Source of the DNA: an uncultured Dialister sp. | Lineage (GTDB): Bacteria; Bacillota; Negativicutes; Veillonellales; Dialisteraceae | Direction of reading: 5' to 3' | Length of the DNA: 64,000 nt | NCBI RefSeq assembly: GCF_900538805.1 | Contig: NZ_UPZP01000001.1 | Location: forward strand, 555-64,554 | Shown: in pieces, positions 47,584 to 58,373 of the stretch | Position numbering within the stretch: position 1 is the stretch's first letter | How the letters are laid out: the number at the start of each line of letters is the position of its first letter | Position numbers and translations under genes: made by a program | The notes under the pieces: generated by a model | Databases searched by the model: none | What the model was told of the DNA's origin: nothing | What the model saw: only the letters and a program-made list of their open reading frames with translations

Positions 47584-48801
47584 CTTCCTGCAGGATGCGC
47601 AGAGTGCCGAGAGGCTCCAGAAGCAGAAGGACACGGAGCGGCTGAAGAGGACGTGGTCTCCCATGCTGATGACCGAGAGGGCCATGACCATGAGGACGCC
47701 GCCAAGGCCCATGGATTTCGTGAAGCTGTCATTTCCATGGCGGTAATTTCTCCAGCAGAGGATTCCCTGGGCAAAGAATGCCAAAAGAAAGGCCATGCCG
47801 CCGGGGATTCCCACCTCTGCCAGCATGTTGAGGTACATGTTGTGGGCGTGGAAGATGAGCACTCCCTCTTCCTGGATGAAGAAATTATAGTCCGGATAGG
47901 CCAGGAAATAGGCCCCCCAGCCCACGCCCAGAAGAGGATGCTCCTCTATCATGGCCATGGTGCTTTCCCACAGAGCAAAGCGCAGGTCCACGGACGTATC
48001 TTCCCCGGAAAAGAGGGAGAGGAACCGTTCCACCACCTGCCCGTGGTAGAAGGCCAGCACCACCGGCACCAGAAGGAAGAGGAGGCCGAACCTTTTATCA
48101 TAAAAGAGAGTAAGCCCCAGCACGATGGCTGCCAGGCTGACCCAGGCGCCCCTGGAATAGGTAAGGGCCAGGCATAGAAGAAGGGAAAGAAGAATCACCG
48201 CAAAGACGGTCTTTTTCTTCACCGCCCTCTCCCGTAAGGTAAAGGCAGTGAGGATGCTGATGATCATGAGAAGATAGGCACCGAAAAGATTCGGGTTCTC
48301 CAGGGTGGAATACATACGCCTCCGAAGGAGGGGGAACCTTTCCGGGTCCACCCAGCTCTGGGCTTCCATATCCGCCGCCATATCCGCCGCATTGGCATAC
48401 TGGAAAAATCCGTACACCACCGTCACCACGGCTCCCGCCAAAAAGGCATAGAGGGCTTTCTCCTTTTCCTTCTCCGTGGAAACGGTGGTATAGATAAGAA
48501 GGTACACCAAGGCATACATCAAGGGCTGCAGCGCCCAGTTCATGAAAGAAAAGGCCATGTCCTTCGACACGAAGGCGGACAGAAAGGAGCACACCAGAAA
48601 AACAGCCCCCAGCTGCCAGAGAGGCGGGAGCGCAAGTGCCACTTCCCCCTTCTTCCTCCAGTTATACAGCCATGCCACCACGGCTGGCAGAAGGGTGACA
48701 TAAAAAAGAAAGGGGTTCAAAGGCAGCAGAAAAAGAGTAGCATAGAGCAGGTACAGAATATGCTGCTTCGAACAAAGACCATTTTCAGAAACTTTCCCCA
48801 T
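47581..48801 (-). CDS. O-antigen ligase / Wzy_C-family membrane protein.
   Basis: About 10 transmembrane helices with a central periplasmic loop carrying the YSRGAWVSL motif region. GGAGGA 5 nt upstream. Confidence 0.7.
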   Translation of the reverse strand: MGKVSENGLCSKQHILYLLYATLFLLPLNPFLFYVTLLPAVVAWLYNWRKKGEVALALPPLWQLGAVFLVCSFLSAFVSKDMAFSFMNWALQPLMYALVYLLIYTTVSTEKEKEKALYAFLAGAVVTVVYGFFQYANAADMAADMEAQSWVDPERFPLLRRRMYSTLENPNLFGAYLLMIISILTAFTLRERAVKKKTVFAVILLSLLLCLALTYSRGAWVSLAAIVLGLTLFYDKRFGLLFLLVPVVLAFYHGQVVERFLSLFSGEDTSVDLRFALWESTMAMIEEHPLLGVGWGAYFLAYPDYNFFIQEEGVLIFHAHNMYLNMLAEVGIPGGMAFLLAFFAQGILCWRNYRHGNDSFTKSMGLGGVLMVMALSVISMGDHVLFSRSVSFCFWSLSALCASCRK

Positions 48802-48879
48802 GGATTCCTCCGGTATATGAAATCGGTTACATTTCTTTTATTATATCGGACCCCGCCGCCGGTAGCAATGAAAATATGT

Positions 48880-49215
48880 CCATGGACCGCTTCGCGGCCG
48901 GGTTCAAAGGGTTCAAAGGGTTCAAAGGGTTCAGAAGGTTCAGAAGGTGATGGTATCGCCGCTTTTGGCGGCGATGAGTATAAAAAGAGCGTTACGGGAT
49001 TACCTTCCAGCCCTGCTCGTCATTCCAAGCAAAGCGAAGAAGCATGGTACGTGCCGCGATTGAGACAATCAGCAGCAGACCAATTCAGCCAGTAAATTTC
49101 TCCGTTTCCGACCGTCGAAATGATGATGGAACGGAGCCGATGCATTCCTGAAAGTGAAGGTTTCGGTCAGCCCACTGCAGAATCCCAGGCAGCGGGAAAG
49201 CGTCAGGCACTTGCA
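48880..49215. repeat. Composite repeat element, locus 12.
   Basis: ggaccgcTTCGgcggcc hairpin, GGTTCAAAGG x5, atcgccgcttttggcggcgat, and the core cgtcattccaagcaaagcgaagaagc. Confidence 0.8.
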
Positions 49216-49288
49216 TCTGCAGCCCCGGGCTTCTTCTCTTTTCATGGTACAATATAAACAGAAGATATTTCCTTACAAGGAGGTCATC

Positions 49289-49957
49289 ATGAACAAACGA
49301 ATGATAGTGGACACGGGGATGCTGATTTCCTTTCTTGTCCTCCTGGACTACCGTTTCGTGAGGAATTTCGGCCATGAAACGCTGGCCATTGTTTTCTTTC
49401 TTCTTTTTCTTCTCCACACCTGGTTCAACAGGCAGTGGTATGCTTCCCTTGGCCGGGGACGGTGGAACATGGACAGGAAGCTCACGTTCCTTGCAGATGT
49501 GCTTCTCCTCGGCTCCTTTGCAGCGGTCATGGGAAGCGGGCTCATGATTTCCCATACCCTGCCCACGGGCATGCAGAAGGCGCCGCTCCTCGCCCATCAG
49601 GTCCATCATGTGGCAGGCTATGTCATGCTGATTGCCCTGGGCTTCCATCTGGGCCTTCACTGGAGCGCCATCCTTTCCCGCCTGGAAAGGGGCCTGGGCT
49701 TTGGAAAAATCCCCCATCTTTCCCTTGTCTATAAAGTGCTTCTCCTTCTCATAGCAGCAGGGGGCATTTATTTCTCCCTTTATTACAGCATAGGAAGCAG
49801 GCTTCTCCTTCTCCGCATCCCCAATGCAAGGAGCATTCCTGTCACCCTCTGGACCTTTACCTTCGGCCACCTTCTTATCCTTTCCCTCTATGCAGCAGCT
49901 GCCTACTATGTGCAGAAATTCTTCCGGCAGAGGAAACGGAAACCGGTGCGGTCATAG
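49289..49957 (+). CDS. Hypothetical polytopic membrane protein.
   Basis: AGGAGG 6 nt before the ATG; about 6 transmembrane helices with conserved His residues. Confidence 0.55.
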   Translation: MNKRMIVDTGMLISFLVLLDYRFVRNFGHETLAIVFFLLFLLHTWFNRQWYASLGRGRWNMDRKLTFLADVLLLGSFAAVMGSGLMISHTLPTGMQKAPLLAHQVHHVAGYVMLIALGFHLGLHWSAILSRLERGLGFGKIPHLSLVYKVLLLLIAAGGIYFSLYYSIGSRLLLLRIPNARSIPVTLWTFTFGHLLILSLYAAAAYYVQKFFRQRKRKPVRS

Positions 49958-49962
49958 GCATG

Positions 49963-50000
49963 AAAAAAAACAGGAGCGGAAAACCGTTCCTGTTTTTTTA
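49963..50000. terminator. Bidirectional terminator.
   Basis: aaaaaaaacaggagcgg-aaaa-ccgttcctgttttttt. Confidence 0.65.
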
Positions 50001-50003
50001 TGC

Positions 50004-51533
50004 TTATTTCTCTTCCCCGTTCCAGTAGGCCGTCTTGATGCCAAGCACCTTTTCCGAATCGAAGGAGGCTTTGCTGTCTTTGGAGTAATGACGGGCAGCG
50101 CGGATGACATATTTCAGTCCCAGGTAAAGCATGGGCACGTTGCAGTACACCATGATGATATTTCCTAAATCGGAGAAGGCCCACAGGTTGGACAGGTCGT
50201 AGCCTGCAATGTTGCAGGCTATGCCGAAGGCTGCCACGAAAATGCAGAGCCCCCGGATGAAGTTGATGAATCCTTTGGAGGAAGAAATACGGTTGGCTGA
50301 AATTTCAGAGAAAGAAACGAAGCCGATGACGCAGGTGTAGGCAAAGAGGCAGAAGCAGACGGAAACCATAATCTGCACCAGTACCTGCAGCATATCCGGT
50401 GACAGCCCGTTCACAGAGAGGAGGAACTTGCTGTAAGTGCCGGCTGCTTTCCATGCCGCCGGATCCAGCGCCCATTCATGGGCCATGACGATGATAAAGC
50501 CGGTCATGGTGCAGATAACATGGGTATCCAGGAATACGCCCAGAGCGGAAATAATGCCCTGTTCGCAGGGATGATGGGCTTCGGCGGATGCAGCGGCCAT
50601 GGTAATGGTGCCCTGGCCGGCTTCGTTGGACATGAGGCCCCGCTTTACCCCCTGCAGAAGGGCGGTGCCCAGGAATCCCCCGAAAATGGCTTCCGGTTTG
50701 AAGGCTCCTGCTAACACGGCTTTAAAGAAATAGGGGACACTGTCCAGATTAAAGAGAATCAGCAGTACCGCGGTAACCACATAAATAACAGCCATCACCG
50801 GCACCAGGATATCTGCCCAGTGGGACACTCGGCGGATGCCGCCGAAGGCCATGAAGGCCACCAGAAGGATGACAAGCACCGAAACCACATAGTAGAAGGT
50901 GGACTGCACAGGAATTTGGATATTTTCAATGAGCCCTGCCATGGCGCCTACGGAAGTGACTACATTAAATCCCTGCGCCGGCAGGCACATGAGGGCATAC
51001 ACGATGTAAACCACAGACAGGATAGTGCCTACCCACACCTTATTCCCGCAGAGCTTTCTGGCATAGAAAGGAAGTCCGCCTACGAAGGTATTTCCTCTTT
51101 TTTCCTTAAAAATCTGGGCCAGGGTGCCTTCGGTAAAGGCGGTGGCCATACCGAAGAAAGCGGAAACCCACATCCAGAAGAGGGCTCCCGGACCGCCGGC
51201 GGCAATGGCGCCGGTGACGCCGATCATATTGCCCGGGCCTACGCGCATGGCGGTGCTCAGAAGGAATGCTGCCAGCGGCGATATGCCGGTCTTAATACTT
51301 CTTTTTGATGCCAGCGTATGGACGCCGGTGGTAAACAGCCTGACCTGGATGAAGCCAAGGCGGATGGTGAAATAAATGCCGGACCCCACCAGCACGATGA
51401 TGGCCAGTGAAAAGGACCCTAATATGGGAATATTCTTCCAGAAGCCGAACATTTTAGGGAAATCCCAGAAAAAATCGGAAACCGGAGTGACGAAGCTCAA
51501 TACCGCGTTCAGCGCAGCAAATAAGTTTTCCAT
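50004..51533 (-). CDS. Sodium:alanine symporter family (AGCS) transporter.
   Basis: AGCS signature regions; AAGGGAGAGAGG upstream of ATG 51533 (MENLFAALN). Confidence 0.88.
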   Translation of the reverse strand: MENLFAALNAVLSFVTPVSDFFWDFPKMFGFWKNIPILGSFSLAIIVLVGSGIYFTIRLGFIQVRLFTTGVHTLASKRSIKTGISPLAAFLLSTAMRVGPGNMIGVTGAIAAGGPGALFWMWVSAFFGMATAFTEGTLAQIFKEKRGNTFVGGLPFYARKLCGNKVWVGTILSVVYIVYALMCLPAQGFNVVTSVGAMAGLIENIQIPVQSTFYYVVSVLVILLVAFMAFGGIRRVSHWADILVPVMAVIYVVTAVLLILFNLDSVPYFFKAVLAGAFKPEAIFGGFLGTALLQGVKRGLMSNEAGQGTITMAAASAEAHHPCEQGIISALGVFLDTHVICTMTGFIIVMAHEWALDPAAWKAAGTYSKFLLSVNGLSPDMLQVLVQIMVSVCFCLFAYTCVIGFVSFSEISANRISSSKGFINFIRGLCIFVAAFGIACNIAGYDLSNLWAFSDLGNIIMVYCNVPMLYLGLKYVIRAARHYSKDSKASFDSEKVLGIKTAYWNGEEK

Positions 51534-51666
51534 ATTCCTCTCTCCCTTCTTATGAAATGGCCGGTCATGATGAATCATTCATGACCGGCCTTTGATGGGA
51601 AACCGATTCATTAAGTCTGATTTTGCAGAAATGAAACCGGCCCTTCCCTTTCAACTCAATTTCCTG

Positions 51667-52917
51667 TTACTGCTCTGCCCCTGCCGCTTTGATGGCCAGC
51701 GCCAGCTTGTGGGCCAGACCTTCCATCTTGGCCTTGGATACGGAGCATACTGCCAGGCGGATGCCCTTCTTCAAAGGTACCAGGAATACATTCTGTTTTT
51801 CCAGGTCATCGCACACCGCCTGGGAATGGGTGACGGGAATGGTGATGAAGAATCCGGAAATATAAGGAACAAATTTCACGCCCTCTTCCTTTGCTTCCTT
51901 CATGAAGATGGCAGCCCTATCCTGGATCAGCTTGAAATAGCGGGCCCTTTCTTCATCGAGCTGCTTGATTTTCTCCGGATTTTCACAGATATGAATCATG
52001 GCATTCTGGGCGGCGCTGTTGCAGTTGGACCAGGTAGCACGGCTGCTGTACTGGTTGATGTCCACGAATTCCTTAATCACATCTTTGTCGGAGGAAATAC
52101 CGATCATGGCGCCCATGCGCTGGCCGTACATGGTGAAGCCCTTGGACAGGGTGTAGGCGCAGACCACAAGGATATTCTTCGGAAGGCCGCCAAAGACCTT
52201 GAAGAACTTCCGGCATTCCTGCTTTTCGCCGCTGTAGTCCAAATAAGCCACATCGGGAACCAGAATGGCATTTTTCTTTCCATCGGCCACGGCATCCTTC
52301 AGTACATCCACCGCTTCCTGCCATTCAGCCACGGACATGCAGTATCCCGTGGGGTTGTTGGCAATGCCGTTCAAAATGATGACGATGTTGTCCTGCTTCT
52401 TCAGGATATCCTTCACTGCTTCCTTAAAGGCGGGACCATTGAAATGACCTTCTTCGGTGAGGAAGGAAAAACTCCTCACCCTGCGGTTGTTATCGTCGAT
52501 GAGACTGTCATAGGCGCCCCAGTGCCAGTCCGTAATGAGCACTTCGTCCCCCGGTTCCGAATAATTGTGAACCACATGGTGGAGCACGCCGGTGCCGCCG
52601 GGTGTGGAACAGGCATCCACATAGCCTTCAGGACGGGACTCGCCGAAACACTGGTCAATGCAGTCATCCAGGAACTTCCGATACCCCTGGATAGGCGCAT
52701 AGGCACAGATTTCCTTCGGAGAAAGCTCCTTCAGCGCTTCCTTCACCACATCCAGCACCACCAGATTTCCATCTTCATCCAGAATGGAACCGACCGTACC
52801 GTTGACCACCTTATCATTGCCGATTTTCTCAGCCAGGGCAATGGCCCTGTTGTTGGCCGCAAAAATATTGTCTTCCGCACTTTTACCCTTGGCATGGGGT
52901 GCTGCTAAACTGAACAT
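51667..52917 (-). CDS. PLP-dependent aminotransferase, class I (aspartate/alanine aminotransferase-like).
   Basis: Fold-type I aminotransferase with the conserved NPTG and SKGF Lys region. AAGGAGG 7 nt upstream of ATG 52917. Confidence 0.85.
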   Translation of the reverse strand: MFSLAAPHAKGKSAEDNIFAANNRAIALAEKIGNDKVVNGTVGSILDEDGNLVVLDVVKEALKELSPKEICAYAPIQGYRKFLDDCIDQCFGESRPEGYVDACSTPGGTGVLHHVVHNYSEPGDEVLITDWHWGAYDSLIDDNNRRVRSFSFLTEEGHFNGPAFKEAVKDILKKQDNIVIILNGIANNPTGYCMSVAEWQEAVDVLKDAVADGKKNAILVPDVAYLDYSGEKQECRKFFKVFGGLPKNILVVCAYTLSKGFTMYGQRMGAMIGISSDKDVIKEFVDINQYSSRATWSNCNSAAQNAMIHICENPEKIKQLDEERARYFKLIQDRAAIFMKEAKEEGVKFVPYISGFFITIPVTHSQAVCDDLEKQNVFLVPLKKGIRLAVCSVSKAKMEGLAHKLALAIKAAGAEQ

Positions 52918-53059
52918 AAAAAGCCTCCTTGAAACCGGAAAAATAAAGCAATTCAGCCAAAAAGCCCGCAGCAAAACAACGCCGCAGGCTTCGTTGCCCA
53001 TTTTCCTGTGAAATTGACGACTTTATTATAATGCATGGGTGATGAAAAAGAAAGGGGAG

Positions 53060-53455
53060 AATGGCCCGCCTGCGGCGGGCCGGGTTTAGAGGGGAAGGTT
53101 CTTAAGATTGACCGGCCCCTTGGGCCGGAGGGTTCTTAGGATTGACGGCCCATGGGACCGAGGGTTGTGGTATCGCCGCCTTTGGCGGCGATGAGTTTTA
53201 TAGTCAGCGTTACGGGTCTGCCTTCCCGCCGAGCAAGTCATTCTGAACGAAGCGAAGAATCTTGGTGAACGCCGCCAGTGATTCATCTGTCGATAAATAT
53301 CAATCGGCGGGAAAGAGGCGTCTGATAGTCTGATGTCTGCCATCTCTCTTGCTTTCGGGAATACAGCCAAAAGTCGGCGGATAGCGGCAAGCGGTAAGCG
53401 GACAGCGGATAGCGGATAGCTGTATCACCCCAGCTCACTAGTCCACCAGCCCACT
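53060..53455. repeat. Composite repeat element, locus 13.
   Basis: GGTTCTTAAGATTGAC modules; atcgccgcctttggcggcgat; ccttcccgccga..gtcattctgaacgaagcgaagaatcttgg..tcggcgggaaag; GCGGATA and CCACTAG tandems. Confidence 0.85.
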
Positions 53456-53500
53456 TTCCGTTATAATAACAGAGACATCCTATTGCATTGGAGGTTTTTC

Positions 53501-54592
53501 ATGATAACCAAATATGCGGACCTGCTGCTGGCCGCCCTTTTTGCCCTGCTTACAGGCTTCTTCGTTCCCTTTTCCCCTTCCCGCCTTCTGGAAAGCATCA
53601 ACTGGAACCTTCTGGGCATCCTTTTCTGCCTCATGACTATTACCGCAGAAATCGGGAAATGGGGCATCCCCCGGGCTCTCTGCCTTGATTTCTTTGCAGG
53701 GAAAACGACGGTGCGTAAAATGGCCCGCTTTTTCATATTCGCCTGTTTTTTCTCTTCCATGGTCATAACCAATGACATATCCCTCATCATTTTCGTTCCC
53801 TTTTCCATTTCCATCTTCATCGAAATCCGGCAGAGGATGCTCCTGATTCCTTTGATCACCCTGGAAACCATAGCCGCCAATATGGGCAGCGCCCTTACGC
53901 CCATAGGAAATCCGCAGAATCTATTCATTTACGATTTCTACCACCTGTCCCTTCCTGCCTTTCTTTCCATTACGGCGCCGGTGGTCCTTATCAGCGGCGT
54001 CCTCATCTACCTGGCAGGATGCCTTTTTCCAAAGGACAGGGCTCCCGCCCTGCCTCCCATGGAAATGGTGGTGCCAAAGAAGAAATCGCTGCTCCTTCTT
54101 TTCCTTCTTCTCCTGTGCATTCTTCACGTTCTCCGTCTCATCCCGCTGCCCCTGGTGATGGCGGCGGTGGTGCCGGCCATGATCCTTCTGGACCGGGGCG
54201 TCTTCTTCCATGTGGATTATAAGCTGCTCCTCCTCTTCGCCCTTCTTTTTATGGCCGTAAGAAATCTGGGGCGCATGGACGTCATCAGCACCGTGGCCCG
54301 GGAAGTTCTCACGGGCCATGAATTCTGGGTATCCCTTCTCCTTTCCCAGTTCATCAGCAACGTACCGGCCACAGTCATGCTTTCTTCCTATACAGACAAT
54401 GCAGCGCCCCTCCTCCTTGGCGTGGACATCGGCGGCCTGGGCACCCTCATCGCCTCCATGGCCAGCCTCATTTCCTTCAAGGCCTACGCCAATATCCCCT
54501 CCGCCGGAAAGAAGGAGTACCTGACCCTCTTTTCCCTGTACAACCTGGTGCTCCTTGCTGTGCTTATACTTTGGTACCTGGCGGTGTACTAG
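53501..54592 (+). CDS. ArsB/NhaD-superfamily permease (anion/citrate-transporter-like).
   Basis: 10-12 transmembrane helices, with the conserved NPQN and duplicated CitMHS-like halves; GGAGG 7 nt upstream. Confidence 0.7.
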   Translation: MITKYADLLLAALFALLTGFFVPFSPSRLLESINWNLLGILFCLMTITAEIGKWGIPRALCLDFFAGKTTVRKMARFFIFACFFSSMVITNDISLIIFVPFSISIFIEIRQRMLLIPLITLETIAANMGSALTPIGNPQNLFIYDFYHLSLPAFLSITAPVVLISGVLIYLAGCLFPKDRAPALPPMEMVVPKKKSLLLLFLLLLCILHVLRLIPLPLVMAAVVPAMILLDRGVFFHVDYKLLLLFALLFMAVRNLGRMDVISTVAREVLTGHEFWVSLLLSQFISNVPATVMLSSYTDNAAPLLLGVDIGGLGTLIASMASLISFKAYANIPSAGKKEYLTLFSLYNLVLLAVLILWYLAVY

Positions 54593-54600
54593 GGAAGCAT

Positions 54601-54644
54601 AAAAAAACGGGATACCATGGATTTCCAGGGTATCCCGTTTTTTC
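54601..54644. terminator. Bidirectional terminator.
   Basis: aaaaaaacgggatacc...ggtatcccgtttttt. Confidence 0.65.
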
Positions 54645-55131
54645 AGTCTACATTCTTCGTTCCTCCGGCATTGACGGTGGTGTCATCGCCGATGTGCCAG
54701 ACAGTGTTGACACGGACTCTTCCGTCGGCATCGCCGTCACTGTTATAGCGGATTCTTCCATCGCCGCCCATTTCCAGCATCGGTCTGCCTTCGGGGATTT
54801 TCTTTTCTTCCTTGTACCCCAGGGCTTCCAGTTCCCTGGCGTATTCCTTCTTGAGCTTCATGAGGCTTTCATGGTCTTTGTCCTTTACATCATGGTGTTC
54901 CAGCATATCCTTGATGACGCTGGCCAGCTCATAGCGGGTGATACTGCCACGGCTAAAGAAATCGGAGGTATAGGAAGGGGCTTTTCCTTCCCGGCAGAGG
55001 GTTTCCACGGTCCGGTAATCCCAGGATTTGGGACTCACCGGGTCGAAGGAGTTCGGCGCGTACAGGTTGTAGGCAAAGCCGGTGATGGACGCAGCCGCCA
55101 GAAGGGCGGTGAGGAAAAGTGTCTTTTTCAT
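54643..55131 (-). CDS. Secreted protein with an SLH-like segment.
   Basis: Signal peptide MKKTLFLTALLAAASITGFA. A region FSRGSITRYELASVIKDML resembles an S-layer-homology motif. Confidence 0.5.
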   Translation of the reverse strand: MKKTLFLTALLAAASITGFAYNLYAPNSFDPVSPKSWDYRTVETLCREGKAPSYTSDFFSRGSITRYELASVIKDMLEHHDVKDKDHESLMKLKKEYARELEALGYKEEKKIPEGRPMLEMGGDGRIRYNSDGDADGRVRVNTVWHIGDDTTVNAGGTKNVD

Positions 55132-55132
55132 G

Positions 55133-55774
55133 CTAGTCACATATCTTTCCTTCAATGACTTTCAGGAGGTCATCCCTGCCTTCGCCGGTTAAGGCGGAGT
55201 AGGCAATGGGCGGATAATCTCCGGGAAAATATTTTTCCAGAAGCTTTTTATTCTTCACCAGTTCATTCCGTTTCAGCTTATCCCCTTTGGTGCCGATAAT
55301 CTGGAGGGAAGGGGCAATGGAGCGGAGCCATTCGTAGGCTTTCATGTCGATGGGAAGGCCGGGATGGCGGAGGTCAATCAAAAGACCAATCATCTGAAGG
55401 GTGGGAGAATGTTCCAGGTAGTCTGCAATGAAGGCGGACCAGCTGTCCTTGTTCTGCTGGCTTGTCTTGGCAAATCCATACCCCGGCAGGTCCACCAGGT
55501 ACCAGTCCTGCCTCACTTCTTCTTCCTCTTCCATCCTTCTGGACTGGATGGCGTAGTAGTTGATGGTTCTGGTCTTTCCTGGCTCCCTGCTCACAAAGGC
55601 CAGTTTCTTCCTGCCGCAGAGGGAGTTGATGAGGGATGATTTTCCCACATTGGACCGTCCGATGAAGGCGATTTCTTTCCTGCCGTCATTCACATACTGG
55701 CTGCGATTCACTGCAGCACGGACGTAGGCGGAAGAAAATATATGAAATTCATCCATTTTTTTGATTTCTGACAA
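55133..55774 (-). CDS. engB: Ribosome-biogenesis GTPase EngB/YsxC, TTG start.
   Basis: G1 GRSNVGKSS, G3 DLPGYG, G4 TKGDK. AGGAGG sits 7 nt upstream of TTG 55774 and 25 nt upstream of the first ATG. Confidence 0.9.
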   Translation of the reverse strand: MSEIKKMDEFHIFSSAYVRAAVNRSQYVNDGRKEIAFIGRSNVGKSSLINSLCGRKKLAFVSREPGKTRTINYYAIQSRRMEEEEEVRQDWYLVDLPGYGFAKTSQQNKDSWSAFIADYLEHSPTLQMIGLLIDLRHPGLPIDMKAYEWLRSIAPSLQIIGTKGDKLKRNELVKNKKLLEKYFPGDYPPIAYSALTGEGRDDLLKVIEGKICD

Positions 55775-55846
55775 GGGCTTGCCTCCTTACTGCCGGGGTA
55801 TCCGGATCTTATGTGTCCTGGAAGCACCGATTCAATCAGCGCTTCC

Positions 55847-58171
55847 TTATTTCACCAGGGCGTGGCTGAGTACGTCATCCACATTCTTCACATATACGAA
55901 ATGGAGCTTTTCCCGCACCGAAGCCGGCAGTTCTTCCAAATCCCGCTTATTCTTTTCAGGAAGGAGAATCTGTTTGATGCCAAACTGGTTGGCTGCCAGT
56001 ACCTTTTCCTTCACGCCGCCGATAGGAAGAACTTCGCCGGTTAAGGTGATTTCCCCGGTCATGGCGGTGTCGCCTCTCACCTTTCTTCCGGTATAGGCGG
56101 AGGCCATGGCGGTGGCCATGGTGACGCCGGCGGAGGGACCGTCCTTGGGCACTGCCCCTTCCGGCAGGTGGATATGGGTATCCAGGGTTTCATAGAAATC
56201 GTCCTTAAGGCCCAGCTCCTTGGCACGGCTGCGGATGTAGGTATAAGCCGTTTCTGCCGATTCCTTCATCACATCTCCCAGCTGTCCCGTGAGGATGAGG
56301 TTTCCCTTACCCTTGATGGTGACTGCTTCCGTATCCAATACTTCGCCGCCTGCCATGGTCCAGGCCAGGCCGTTCACCCTGCCTACGGCATCGGGATGTT
56401 CTTCCGCCATGGGCATGAATTTCACAGGGCCCAGGTATTTTTCCAGTGTTTTGGAATTCAGGGCAGGAAGGCTGTCATCTTCAAGCACGATTTTCTTCCC
56501 CACCTTGCGGCAGAGGGAGCCGATGGTCCTTTCCAGTTCCCGGACTCCCGCTTCCCTGGTGTAGCCTTCGATGACACGGCGGATGAGAAGGTCCGTGAAA
56601 CGGATGTCCTTTGCCTTGAGGCCGTTTCTCTTCATCTGCCGGGGAATAAGGTACTGTTTGGCAATCTTCACCTTTTCCTCTTCCGTGTAGCCGGTGAGCT
56701 CGATGAGTTCCATACGGTCAAGAAGGGCCGGCGGAATAGTGGACACCGTGTTGGCGGTGGCCAGGAAGAACACTTTGGATAAATCGAAGGGAATGTCGAT
56801 GTAATTATCATGGAAAGCCCTGTTCTGCTCCGGATCCAGCGCTTCCAGCAGGGCCGATGCGGGGTCGCCCCGGAAGTCTGCACCTACCTTGTCGATTTCA
56901 TCCAGCAGAATAAGGGGATTCTTTGTCTTTGCCTGTCCGATGGCTTCGATGAACCGGCCCGGCATGGCGCCGATGTAGGTGCGGCGGTGACCGCGGATTT
57001 CCGCTTCATCATGAATGCCGCCCAGGGAAATGCGGGCAAATTTCCGCCCCATGGCGTTGGCAATGGACTGGGCCAGGGAGGTCTTGCCTACGCCTGGCGG
57101 TCCGACGAAGCAGATAATGGGAGCCTTTGCATCCGGTGCCAGCACGCGGACTGCCAGGTATTCCAGGATTCTTTCCTTGATTTTGGAAAGGCCGTAATGG
57201 TCCTGATCCAGTACCTTCTTCGCTTCCTTCAGGTCCAGCTTGTCCTGGCTTTCCGTATCCCAGGGAAGGCTGAAAATCCAGTCCAGATAGTTTCTGGCCA
57301 CCGCAGTTTCCGCCATCATCGGCGGCATGGCAGCCAAGTGGTCGATTTCCTTCCCGATTTTTGCCTTGAATTCTTCAGGAATGCCGGAGTCCTTCAGTTT
57401 CTTCCTGTAATCGTCCGCTTCCTTTTCCTGGCTCACCGTATCGCCCAGGCGGTCATGGATGGACTTGATTTTCTGGCGCAGGTAGTAGTCCTGCTGCTCT
57501 TTGTCCATTTTAGCGCGGACGTCGCCATTGATTTCCGCTTCCAGCCGTCCGATCTGGATTTCCTGGTCCAGCAGGCGGTGAACCAGACGGAGCCTTTCCA
57601 TGACGTTGATTTCCTCCAGCACGTCCTGGCGCTGCCTTGGAGAAAGGATAAGCTGGGCGGAAAGGAAATCCGCCGTTTCGCCGGGGTCCGTAATCTGCTT
57701 GAGCTGGTCCATCTGTTCGTCGGGAAGGCCCTGCTTGGTGCTGCGGAGCCATTCGAAGAAGGCCTTCAGAATGGTCCTTCTGTAGGCTTCCGCCTTCAGT
57801 TCGTCGTCCGGCATAATGTCTTCCAGGTCATCCACCTCTGCCATGAGGCAGCGGCTGTCCCTTTCGTAAGAAAGGATTTTCACCCGGGAAACCCCTTCTG
57901 CCAGCACCCGCACCAGTCCGCCGGGGAGCTGGATCATCTGGCTGATTTTCACCACCGTACCGGTCAGGTACACATCATCCGGCGAGTCAGCGCCCTGTCT
58001 TTCCAGGGCTGTCACGATGTAGCGGTCGCCCCTGCTGGCCAGGCGCACGGCATCGGCCGAATCTTTCCTGCCTATATCAAGGTTTACCGTCATTTTCGGG
58101 TAAACCACAATGTCCCTCAACGGTACCAGCGGCAGGGTGAGTCCATTGTTTTCTTTTGTGTTTTCACTCAT
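55847..58171 (-). CDS. lon: ATP-dependent protease Lon.
   Basis: LON N-domain, AAA+ (GPPGVGKTS), and protease domain with the catalytic Ser (DGPSAG). GGAGGA 6 nt before ATG 58171. Confidence 0.95.
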   Translation of the reverse strand: MSENTKENNGLTLPLVPLRDIVVYPKMTVNLDIGRKDSADAVRLASRGDRYIVTALERQGADSPDDVYLTGTVVKISQMIQLPGGLVRVLAEGVSRVKILSYERDSRCLMAEVDDLEDIMPDDELKAEAYRRTILKAFFEWLRSTKQGLPDEQMDQLKQITDPGETADFLSAQLILSPRQRQDVLEEINVMERLRLVHRLLDQEIQIGRLEAEINGDVRAKMDKEQQDYYLRQKIKSIHDRLGDTVSQEKEADDYRKKLKDSGIPEEFKAKIGKEIDHLAAMPPMMAETAVARNYLDWIFSLPWDTESQDKLDLKEAKKVLDQDHYGLSKIKERILEYLAVRVLAPDAKAPIICFVGPPGVGKTSLAQSIANAMGRKFARISLGGIHDEAEIRGHRRTYIGAMPGRFIEAIGQAKTKNPLILLDEIDKVGADFRGDPASALLEALDPEQNRAFHDNYIDIPFDLSKVFFLATANTVSTIPPALLDRMELIELTGYTEEEKVKIAKQYLIPRQMKRNGLKAKDIRFTDLLIRRVIEGYTREAGVRELERTIGSLCRKVGKKIVLEDDSLPALNSKTLEKYLGPVKFMPMAEEHPDAVGRVNGLAWTMAGGEVLDTEAVTIKGKGNLILTGQLGDVMKESAETAYTYIRSRAKELGLKDDFYETLDTHIHLPEGAVPKDGPSAGVTMATAMASAYTGRKVRGDTAMTGEITLTGEVLPIGGVKEKVLAANQFGIKQILLPEKNKRDLEELPASVREKLHFVYVKNVDDVLSHALVK

Positions 58172-58373
58172 ATATGATTCCTCCATACCGGGAAAGTTCT
58201 GCTGTCGCACAGCTTCCCCAGTTTATTGTAACACATGGAAGAGTATGAATTCCTTATTTTATTAAAATCCTTAATCTCTTTTATGTAACCCCCTCACAGA
58301 GGTCACAAAAGCCGGAGCTATGGGCTCCGGCTTTCCGGAAGTGCAGGGCGCTTCCATATTCTGCAGAATCAAA

